From Octopus vulgaris (lineage: Eukaryota), in NCBI GenBank assembly GCA_951406725.2, contig OX597817.1:146444001-146508000 (forward strand): a stretch of DNA of 64,000 bases. Reading direction: 5' to 3'. Below are positions 38,701-45,976 of this stretch, in pieces. The translations under genes and the position numbers were made by a program. The notes below the pieces were generated by a model, which saw only the letters and a list, made by a program, of their open reading frames with translations, searched no databases and was not told the origin of the DNA. Every line of letters begins with the position of its first letter. The first letter of the stretch is position 1.

Positions 38701-41700
38701 GATTTGCTCAACTAAAAGGTGGTACTCCAGCATGGCCACAGTCAAATAACTGAAACAAGTAAAAGAGTATGTGTAGCTGAAATTGAGGTATCTTTTATGC
38801 TATCAAATACCCATGGTGGTGCCACATAACAAGCACCTGTGCTTGTGCCATGTAAAAAGCACCTGTGCTCATGCCACGTAAAAAGCACCTGTGCTGGTGC
38901 CACATATAAAGCAGCCATGCTGGTGCCATGTAAAAAGCGCCTGTACTGGTGCTACATATAAAGCACCCATGCTGGTGCCATGTAAAAAGCACCTGTGTTG
39001 GTGACACATAAAGCACCCATGCTGGTGCCATGTAAAAATCACCCAGTACACTCTGTAAAGTAGTTGGTGTTAGGAAGGGCATCCAGCCATAGAAACCATG
39101 CTAAAACAGACAATTAGAATCTGGTGTAGCTCTCTGGCTTGTTAGCTCCTGTCAAACTTCTGTCAGACAATAAATAATGATGATGATGATGAAACATGGT
39201 AAGCTGGTGTTTGGAACATAAACTCTTTACTCTTTTATTTGTTTCAGTCATTTGACTGCAGCCATGCTTGAGCACCACCTTTAGTTGAGCAAATCGACCC
39301 CAGGACTTATTCTTTGTAAGCCTAGTACTTATTCTGTCGGTCTCTTATGCCGAACCGTTAAGTTACGGGGACGTAAACACACACCACCATCGGTTGTCAA
39401 GCGATGTTGGGAGGACAAACACAGACACACAAACATACACACACACACACACACACATATATATACAACGGGCTTCTTTCAGTTTCTGTCTACCAAATCT
39501 ACTCACAAGGCTTTGGTCGGCCCGAGGCTATAGTAGAAGACACTTGATCAAGGTTCCACGCAGTGGGACTGAACCCGGAACCATATGGTTGGTAAGCAAG
39601 CTACTTACCACACAGCCACTCCTGCACCTAATACAAAATTTTGAAGGAAGATTTCAATTTCATTTATTTTATAATGAATTTTATATTATAGAACCAGCTG
39701 TAGTCCAGATGGGTTGGTATCAAAAGGGTAAAATCTTACATAGCAAATAGGCTTTGACAAAGAAGTACTTACCAATATCATGAAAAAATATTAAAAATTC
39801 CTCATCACTCAAACCATTGTAATTTTCTGGTTCCCTTAAGAAGCTAGATAATGTTCCACCACTACAGAATTCTGTGACCAAAACTTGATTTCCTCTAAGG
39901 TTCTGTAATAAACATATATATTTGTTTATCATAGTATGTATTTATTAAAACATATATATTTATATACTATAGCAGTTAAAAATGGTTAGAGAAATTATAG
40001 TTGCTGTTATGGTTGTTAGTAAGCTTCTGAGTCAACTCTGAGCAAACAGATCTATGATTGAAGGCACTCCAGTTGTGACCATCCCATATTTTGGAGAGTG
40101 GCAAGCACCTAGAACTAATTCTATACAGATCATGTCATTAATTCCTCAGATATTGAACGTTAGTGCCAAAGTAACCCCTGACTGACTGTGGTGCTACCAT
40201 CTCTCTGTACTACTCAACCAAGCCACTTATCCTCTCAGCACAATCATGCTAAGGAAACAAGGGGCTTTGAAAATCAATCACTATAGGGAGTGAACTAGTG
40301 ACTCCTATTCCACATTGTGTAAACTCACTAGTAAACTGTGGACCTAGTCTCCAAAATCTTGGGAATATTCTCAACAATGAGTAAACATTGCTAACGACAG
40401 TATATACAGGGTGTGGTGAATAAACTGTTGTCTAAATTATGCAAAAATGAAAATAACACTGACATCTCATTTTAACAGATATATTTACCAATATTGGATA
40501 AAAATATCTTGAAATAATAAAGAGAAAGTTTATTCAATAAAATTGCCATTGGCTCCAACCACGGCCTCCAGACGACTTCAGAATCTCTTGCAACTCTTCT
40601 GGACAGTTTCCTTGTTTAAGTTGGTGAATGCTGCCATAATCCTTGCCTTCAGTTGGTCTTTGGTGTTATAAGGAGTTTTGTTGGTCTCTCACTCAAGTGC
40701 TCTCTACACATAATAATCAAGGGGGAGTTAGGTGGCCAGATGTTAGGGGTGATGTGATTGCAGGAATTATCTGACAGCCATGACTGGATTCTCCTGCTTG
40801 TGTGGCACGATGCAGAGTCCTGTTGATAGACATAAGGTCTTCCAGTAGCCACCCTCTTGACTCAGGGCAGTACTACCTCCTCCAGGCACTTGATGTAAGT
40901 CTCCATGTTGAGTCTGAGACTATGTGGGAAGATGAATGGAAGCATAAGGTCACTATCACCAGTGATCACTCCAAACACCATGATGTTGACTGGATGTTTG
41001 ATTTTTATCACTCTTGGTACATGTCCTCAGATTGACACCCAAACACTCTGAAATGTTTGTATTGGAGATTCTGGCACAAATGCCAACCAGTATAGCATGT
41101 CATTTCCAAAATTTCTGGCAGAGTGAATTGTGTCATGGTGCTGTTTTTCTTACAGACAGTGTCCAACTGACCCTACTATACTGTGTAGTCAACAAAATCA
41201 AAAAGAAACAATGCGCAAGTGCAAAAAAAAAAAAAAAATGGCAACAATTTACCCATCACACCCTGTTATCTGCCCTTTATTTAAGACTGTTGTGGTACTA
41301 TTTGTAGGAGATTTGGTTGCTATTTCAAGCTCATTTGTAGGTCTAAAATAATAGTAACACATCACTGGCTGAACAAGCTCTTAAAACTTTGTAAGGGTGG
41401 GTAGAAATGATAACAACATTGTCATCATCAGCAACAGCACCACCACCACCACTGCCGCTGTCACCACCACTGCCACCAACACCACCACCACCACCACCAC
41501 CACCATCATCACTTAACGGCTGTCTGCCATGCTGGCAGGAGTTGGATGGTTTGGTAGGATCTAATGAGCTGGAGGACTGCACTGTGTCCCAGTCTCTGCT
41601 TACATAGTTTCTACAGGTGGATGTCCTTCCTAATACCAACCACTCTACAGAGTACACTGGGTGCCTTTTCACAGCACTGGCACCAGTGAAGTCGTAGTGT

Positions 41701-44700
41701 TGAGGAAGGAAGCTTCATGCCAACTGCTGAAAGACTAATGTATGATAGAGGGACAGGCACAGGTGTTCTGCTATAGAGGAACACTGTATGAGGGTTGGTA
41801 GAAATTGCTGGAAGGGAGACAAAAGAAAGGCGAGTATTAGAGAGAATAAGGAGAGAGGATTGGGAAGAATGGGGTGGGTAAGTTCATAAGAGAATGAGAG
41901 GAAAGTGACAGATGGTTAGAGATAGAGGTTTGTTTTTGTTCCTTTTCGAGCCATGCCTAGCTCACAAGGGCTGGTTTTCCGGTTTCCTTGGCGTATAGGT
42001 TCCCCAACTGGACGGGACTCCGGTTCGTCAAAGGTGAGCTGCAAGATGCAGGAGGAAAGAGTGAGAGGAAGCTGTGACGAAAGAGTCAGCAGAAGTTCGC
42101 CATTACCTTCTGCCAAAGCTGCGTGGAGCTTAGGTGTTTCGCTCATAAACACACACATCGCCCGGTCTGAGATTCGAACCCACAATCCCTCAACCACGAG
42201 TCCGCTGCTCTAACCACTAGGCTATGTGACTCCAGTCAGAGATGGAGGTAGGAATGATTGTAGCGAATGATGAACAAAGGTGGGGGTGTGGTCAGAAGTA
42301 AATATCAGTTAAAGAGGAAGGAGGTGATAAGTGGCTGTGCAGAAAAGATGGACAGCAGAAGTTATAGTAAATGTACACAGATTAAGCATCTTTGAGTTTC
42401 TGTCTACTAAATTTATTCACAAAACTTTGGTTGGCCTGATGCTACAATAGAAGATTGAAAAAATATACTGAAGTCTATATGATTAACTGAAAACCTTTGA
42501 AGGCTGTGCTCCAGCATGGGGGTAGTCCAATGGTTGAAACTGGTAAATAATGATAATAACAATAATGCTATGTGATGCAACAGATACATTACCTCACTTT
42601 CCACAGAGTAAAATGTGACTATGTTGGGATGTTGAAGTCGGAGAAGAGCTTCTGTTTCTCTTTGGAAAGAAACAGACATATTTTTGTGGTATTGGACGTT
42701 GAGTATTTTTAGTGCACGTACTTCTCCAGTCAACTGGAAAAAAGAGAAGAAACAATAAGAAATATAGGTGTTATCAAATCAAAATTAATAGTAACAACAA
42801 CAACAACAACAATAAAATTGCCAATAAAAAAATAAGCCATCTATTTTATATGGATGATTTAAAAACTTTATGGTAAAGACAATAATGAACTTGAAGGCCT
42901 ATTGCGCACTGTGAAAGCATTCAGCGATGACATCGGGATGGAGTTTGGACTTGAGAAGTGTGCCAAGGCCACTTTCCAGAAAGGGAAAGTGAAGACCACA
43001 AATTCAGTCGTGTTAGATGTTGACACAGTCATAAGAGAGCTTGAGCAAGAACAAACATACAAATATTTAGGGATAAATGAAGGCTCTGGTATTCAGCATG
43101 CAAGCATGAAAGAGAAGATCAGGAAGGAATGTTATAGGAGAGTTCGTGCAGTCCTGAAATCTGAACTAAATGCACGTAACAAGGTGTTAGCTATAAATTC
43201 CTTAGCAGTTCCAGTTGTTACTTATAGCTACAATGTGTTGAACTGGAATATGAGTGAAGTAAAGAATATAGATAGGAAAATACGCAAGCTGCACCACCCA
43301 AAGGCAGACGTAGATCGCCTTTACCTTCCCAGAGCCCAAGGAGGTCGAGGCCTGATCCAATTTGAACTAGCTTACAAAACAACCACAATTGGACTGGCCA
43401 ATTATATCGAAACATCGAATGACTGGATGCTAAAGCTCGTGGAAAATCACGAGAGACGAAAGAAGCTTCATTCTATCATAAAGGAAAGCAAAAAATTTGC
43501 TATTGATCTCGTACAGGATACACAAACAGAACAACCCGAGGGAAGTACGGCAACTATTGTTGCAAAGAAGGTGAAAATGATGGCAATGAAAAAAGCGCAC
43601 GAGCAATTGGCTGATAGGTGGGAGGAGAAACCTCTGCACAGCAAATATGTGACCCAAAGCAAACAAGCTGATGTTGACCAGAAGCAAATCCATCAGTGGC
43701 TACGGAGCTCAGGGCTAAAAGCAGAGAGCGAAGGTTTCATCCTGGCTGCTCAAGATCAAAGCCTATTAACCCGGAACTACCAGGCCAATGTGATGAAAAA
43801 TGGAGCAGACCCAAAATGCCGATTCTGCAACGACATGATTGAAACAGTGGACCACCTAATCTCTGGATGTAAAGTCTTAGCTCCAGTGGAGTATAAATTA
43901 AGACATGATAGAGTTGGCCAATATCTACACTGGCTAATAAGTCGGCATTACAATATCAAAACTGCCGACAAGTGGTATAATCACCACCCTGAGGCTGTAA
44001 CTGAAGGGGAAAATGTAACCATTCTGTGGAACTTTCCAGTACATACAGACCGAACCATCAAGGCTAATAAACCAGATATTGTTGTGAAAGACCAAAACAA
44101 TAAAGTTTGCTTATTGATCGACATGAGCATCCCCTGTGATCATAATATCTCAGCGAAAGAGTTTGACAAGCTCAGAAAATATAAAGACCTACTCATTGAA
44201 ATTGAGAAAATGTGGCATCTCAAGGTGGTTACAATACCAGTGATCGTAGGAGCACTAGGAATGATCAAGAAGGGAACCGAAAATTATATGAGAATGATCC
44301 CTGGCTTACCATCCCTGCAAGAAGTGCAAAAGATTGTCTTAACTGGTACATCACACGTATTGAGAAGAGCATTGTCGATGTGAGAACTGTTGCTGCTCAT
44401 GTATTTTAATTTAACTTAAAAAAAAAAAAAATGAACGAACTATTGAGTTTGGTTTAATGGCCTACCAATGTATACTATGAGTTTCTTTGCCCAAGGAGTC
44501 GGGAAGACACTCGGCAAGAAATGGAAGCAAATTTGAAAGAAGAAAAAAAAAAGTAATAATAATAATAATAATAATGATGATGATGATGATAATAATAAAA
44601 GCCTTTGACAGCATACCACATTCGTGAATTCTGAAATCGCTGGACATTTTCAAAATTTCTCCTGTGATTTCAGATTTTTTAAAGTATAATATGTCATTAT

Positions 44701-45808
44701 GGAACATGAAGCTCCAATTATATCATTCTAATGGAGTATTGCACTCAAATAATATTAGCATAAACTGTGGCATTTTCCAAGGTGACTTACTTTCACCACT
44801 AATTGTCTGCATAGCACTAATACCACTCTCAAGTGAACTGAATAGAACAGGGTATGGCTACAAAATTGACAGCAGGAAAATAAGCCATCTATTTTATCTG
44901 GATGATTTAAAACTATATGGCAAAGATGATGAACAGCTTGAAGGACTACTACATACTGTGAAAGGATTAAGTGATGATATCGGGATGGAGTTTGGCCTTG
45001 AAAAGTGTGCCAAAGCCACTTTTAAGAAAGGGAAATTGGTAAAGTCAAGTTCAATCGAACTAGATGTTGAAACAAACTTGAGCAGGAACAAACCTATAAA
45101 CAACCAGGAATAAATGAAGGCTCTGGTATCCAGCATGCAAACATGAAAGAGAAGGTTAGGAAGGAATGTTATAGAAGAGTTTGAGCAGTCTTGAAGTCTG
45201 AGCTGAGTACATATAATAATGTGTTAGCCATAAATTCCTTAGCAGTCCCAGTTATTCTTTATAGCTTCAATGTGCTTAACTGGAATACCAGTAAAATAAT
45301 GAAAATTGATAGAAAAATCCGCAAGCTACTGACTTGTAATAAGATGCACCATCCAAAGGTAGATGTGTATCGTCTTTACTTTCCCAGAGCTCAAGGAGGT
45401 CGAGGCTTGATCCAGCTTGAACTTACGTACAAAACTACCACAATCAGACTGGCCAAATACCTTGAAACAACCAATGATTGGATGCTAAAACTTGTTGAAA
45501 AACATGTAAGACCAAAAAAAAACTTCACTCTATTCTGAAAGAGAGCAAAAAATTCGCTACTGATCTCTTAGATACCTACCAGATTGATCAGGTTGAAGGA
45601 AATGTGCCAACTGCTGCTGCAAAGAAAATAAACCACACCCTTACCACTAAGCCACACATCTTCACACATGTACACAGACATAAAAACAGAAGACCTAATG
45701 TCTTACCTTATTATAACCTTTGTAAACTTCACAAGTTGAACCATGTGCCACCAAGTCCTCCTTAAAGTAAATATGATGTGTAGTTTTCAGCATCTGCTTT
45801 TGAGCCAT
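8252..45808 (-). CDS. TBK1: TBK1/IKK-epsilon-like serine/threonine kinase, spliced gene model (16 coding exons, about 670 aa if it ends at TAA 8252-8254); orthologue versus paralogue unresolved
   Basis: Hand-spliced exons with canonical AG/GT ends and matching phases give one ORF. It contains RALK (K43), RETE alphaC, VTEFC hinge, [36 protein letters not shown] and SGVVSGIQK...IEWS, all diagnostic of TBK1/IKKe. These are followed by a ubiquitin-like segment (QRLLYEG) and a helical scaffold. Confidence 0.9.
8720..8888 (-). mobile_element. Penelope-like pLTR fragment with degenerate hammerhead
   Basis: High similarity to 51065-51200; flanked by (TA)n; core mutated. Confidence 0.55.
9426..9525 (-). 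CDS. TBK1: coding exon 15: [33 protein letters not shown] (coiled-coil-like)
   Basis: ttttctaatcag acceptor, gtaagt donor, 100 nt. The only open frame is the phase-2 frame required by exon 14. Confidence 0.8.
10557..10777. mobile_element. piggyBac-like MITE
   Basis: TTAA|CCCTTT...AAAGG|TTAA ends; similar AAAGGGTTAA ends near 6437 and 19545. Confidence 0.5.
11748..12150 (+). mobile_element. SINE family B (GGCGGTGAGCTGGCAGAA head; GCCTTTCATCCTTTCGGGGTCGATAAA body resembling the MetaSINE central domain), duplicated body
   Basis: B box GAGTTCAAATTCC; copies at about 11120(-), 17318(-), 29015(-), 31410(-), 35422(+), 47714(+) and 57010(+). Confidence 0.7.
13979..14358 (+). mobile_element. tRNA-derived SINE family A (GGAGTGGCTGTGTGGTAAG... 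head, CCTTGGGCAAG core-like box, internal microsatellite)
   Basis: More than 10 copies: about 7730(+), 7855(-), 12510(-), 22015(+), 22640(+), 27720(-), 33568(+), 34555(-), 38388(+), 39222(-), 48230(-), 55030(-). Confidence 0.8.
14410..14511 (-). CDS. TBK1: coding exon 14: [33 protein letters not shown]
   Basis: ctctctatttag acceptor, gtaagt donor, 102 nt, phase 2-2. Resembles TBK1 KLYYHATKAMTHFTDEC. Confidence 0.85.
14569..14958 (-). mobile_element. non-autonomous Helitron, copy 2
   Basis: Same family; 3' end CTGG. Confidence 0.8.
15518..16207 (+). mobile_element. RTE-derived 3' UTR element with internal about 50-60-bp repeats
   Basis: Homologous to 5370-5953; similar copies at 21170-21618 (+), 23715-24080 (-), 25877-26285 (-) and 51785-52240 (-). 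Confidence 0.75.
16445..16825 (-). mobile_element. Helentron-associated non-autonomous element (HINE-like)
   Basis: Sub-terminal inverted repeats ACCTCYGCC / GGCGGAGGT, a short hairpin at each end, and an internal (CAAA)n. Confidence 0.5.
17612..17734 (-). CDS. TBK1: coding exon 13: [40 protein letters not shown]
   Basis: ctttttacag acceptor, gtgagt donor, 123 nt, phase 2-2, open. Confidence 0.82.
19626..19747 (-). CDS. TBK1: coding exon 12: [40 protein letters not shown]
   Basis: tttattgtcag acceptor, TG|gtatgt donor, 122 nt, phase 0-2. An in-frame alternative acceptor exists at 19795. Confidence 0.8.
19883..20051 (-). mobile_element. Penelope-like pLTR fragment with hammerhead-like core
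   Basis: Same family; CTGACGA...GAAACGTG, with the cleavage-site base changed to G. Confidence 0.55.
20066..20374 (-). mobile_element. short Tc1/mariner deletion derivative
   Basis: TA-CAGG(G/C)TGT ends; remnant [17 protein letters not shown], typical of transposase C-termini. Confidence 0.55.
21701..21899 (-). CDS. TBK1: coding exon 11: [25 protein letters not shown]...[11 protein letters not shown]
   Basis: tttttccag acceptor, AAG|gtgaga donor, 199 nt, phase 2-0, open. Confidence 0.82.
22640..23068 (+). mobile_element. SINE family A, full-length copy
   Basis: Near-identical to 13979-14358. Confidence 0.8.
24125..24269 (-). CDS. TBK1: coding exon 10 (scaffold/dimerisation domain): [47 protein letters not shown]
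   Basis: ctctttcag acceptor, AG|gtatgg donor, 145 nt, phase 1-2, consistent with neighbours. Confidence 0.85.
24352..24609. repeat. minisatellite, about 12-13 copies of 20/21-bp TGATCCCTGTGC(A)TGTAGTTG
   Basis: Tandem units directly visible, adjoining an RTE-tail element. Confidence 0.9.
25108..25495 (+). mobile_element. non-autonomous Helitron, copy 3
   Basis: A|TC...CCCGAGCAACGCTGGG...CTAG|T. Confidence 0.8.
26798..27175 (+). mobile_element. 3' end of a second RTE-type LINE, nested in an older element, with TSD
   Basis: ORF ...[25 protein letters not shown]...DREVW; (TGA)n tail; TSD ATAGTCAAAC at 26788-26797 and 27176-27185. Confidence 0.8.
27453..27658 (-). CDS. TBK1: coding exon 9 (ubiquitin-like domain): [28 protein letters not shown]...KPIILISNQ...
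   Basis: ttttag acceptor, G|gtaagt donor, 206 nt open in the required phase. QxLxYEG ubiquitin-like motif. Confidence 0.9.
27720..28105 (-). mobile_element. SINE family A, full-length copy
   Basis: Reverse complement of family A. Confidence 0.8.
29118..29313 (-). mobile_element. GC-rich RTE-type 3' fragment inserted in a SINE
   Basis: Translates ...[35 protein letters not shown]...; 13-bp TSD TGGTACTTATTTA at 29105-29117 and 29314-29326. Confidence 0.75.
29988..30060. repeat. degenerate interstitial (CCCTAA)n telomere-like repeat
   Basis: CCCTAA, CCCTAAAA and CCTTAA units. Confidence 0.75.
30426..30605 (-). CDS. TBK1: coding exon 8 (end of kinase domain, start of ubiquitin-like domain): [28 protein letters not shown]...LHLYLKPTD
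   Basis: tttcag acceptor, gtttgt donor, 180 nt, phase 2-2. PVxAxxLE...WxFxxFF motif. Confidence 0.9.
31727..31837 (-). CDS. TBK1: kinase coding exon 7: [36 protein letters not shown]
   Basis: tttcag acceptor, gtaagt donor, 111 nt. Matches TBK1 KPSGAISGVQK...IDWS. Confidence 0.93.
33338..33492 (-). CDS. TBK1: kinase coding exon 6: [51 protein letters not shown](M)
   Basis: tttttag acceptor, gtaagt donor, 155 nt, phase 0-2. Subdomain IX. Confidence 0.95.
33568..33995 (+). mobile_element. SINE family A, full-length copy
   Basis: Family A head, body and tail. Confidence 0.8.
34877..34967 (-). CDS. TBK1: kinase coding exon 5: (K)[30 protein letters not shown]
   Basis: ttctttctag acceptor, gtttgt donor, 91 nt, phase 2-0. 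DFG and the TBK1-type activation loop SLxGTEEYL. Confidence 0.95.
35799..35886 (-). CDS. TBK1: kinase coding exon 4: (V)[28 protein letters not shown]
   Basis: ccag acceptor, gtaagt donor, 88 nt, phase 1-2. Catalytic loop HRDIKPxN. Confidence 0.95.
36742..36960 (-). mobile_element. RTE-type 3' fragment with (AAG)n tail
   Basis: Translates ...[41 protein letters not shown]...; 12-bp TSD AATCTTGTAGAT at 36730-36741 and 36961-36972. Confidence 0.75.
37489..37676. mobile_element. degenerate pogo/Tc2-type MITE
   Basis: Imperfect TIR C(A/T)GTA..TGATAGCATA.AAAATGCA. Confidence 0.5.
38388..38768 (+). mobile_element. SINE family A copy
   Basis: Family A head, body and tail. Confidence 0.8.
38808..39045. 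repeat. minisatellite of 21-23-bp units (AAAGCACCYRTGCTGGTGCCAYRT)
   Basis: About 10 tandem units at the 5' side of an RTE-tail element. Confidence 0.85.
39222..39625 (-). mobile_element. SINE family A copy, inverted relative to 38388-38768
   Basis: Reverse complement of family A. Confidence 0.8.
39773..39902 (-). CDS. TBK1: kinase coding exon 3: [43 protein letters not shown]
   Basis: cag acceptor, G|gtaagt donor, 130 nt. Hinge EFC and an EPEN..GL...EFL motif typical of IKK/TBK1. Confidence 0.95.
40407..41265 (-). mobile_element. internally deleted Tc1/mariner-superfamily transposon
   Basis: About 26-bp imperfect TIRs CAGGGTGTGRTGRRTAAAYTGTTG, TA on the left; transposase remnant [13 protein letters not shown]...WPPNSP. 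Confidence 0.85.
42593..42733 (-). CDS. TBK1: kinase coding exon 2: [12 protein letters not shown]...[24 protein letters not shown]
   Basis: Polypyrimidine-cag acceptor, GAG|gtaatg donor, 141 nt, phase 0-0. Carries the catalytic Lys, alphaC Glu and HPNIV. Confidence 0.95.
42813..44551 (+). mobile_element. 5'-truncated non-LTR retrotransposon with restriction-like endonuclease (R4/Dong-like): RT C-terminus, CCHC finger, RLE domain, 3' UTR and A-tail
   Basis: HLFYMDDLK (frameshifted) before ORF 42902-44383, which contains [18 protein letters not shown]...[19 protein letters not shown]...LIDMSIP...KLRKYKDL and VIVGALG. Followed by an A-tail then (TAA)n. Confidence 0.88.
44596..45632 (+). mobile_element. 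older degenerate RT fragment of a related R4/Dong-like LINE
   Basis: [29 protein letters not shown] and GRGL motifs, with frameshifts and stops; paralogous to 42813-43570. Confidence 0.85.
45707..45808 (-). CDS. TBK1: kinase coding exon 1: [34 protein letters not shown]
   Basis: ATG at 45808 with in-frame stops upstream, donor AAG|gtaaga, 102 nt. Aligns with the TBK1 N-terminus (DILGQGATANVFRG). Confidence 0.88.
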
Positions 45809-45976
45809 TTTGTATAAAATATACTATGAAGCCAGTACTAAATTCTACAGTTTGTTAATTATCTTTTTACTCAGCATGGGGCTCACATATAGACTTCTGT
45901 ATCATAGTCAAACACTTGGTAATGTTACTGTTCTCCTGGCACTGGTTTGATCTGGGGATGCTTGGGTTTGGGACCC
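45809..45976 (-). other. 5' UTR part of the first coding exon
   Basis: Long polypyrimidine tract and ttccag acceptor at 45977-45979; in-frame stops before the ATG. Confidence 0.55.

Noticed and set aside
41407-41607. Proline-rich / glycine-rich ORFs
   Set aside because: (CCA)n microsatellite at the tail of a retroelement.
42902-44383. 493-aa ORF as a host gene or bacterial-type RT/nuclease defence system
   Set aside because: It is a 5'-truncated LINE ORF with a TTG pseudo-start, an upstream frameshift and an A-tail, lying inside an intron.
33338-45808. Pseudokinase or pseudogene interpretation
   Set aside because: Lys, Glu, HRD, Asn and DFG are all intact, and 15 exons splice without a stop or frameshift.
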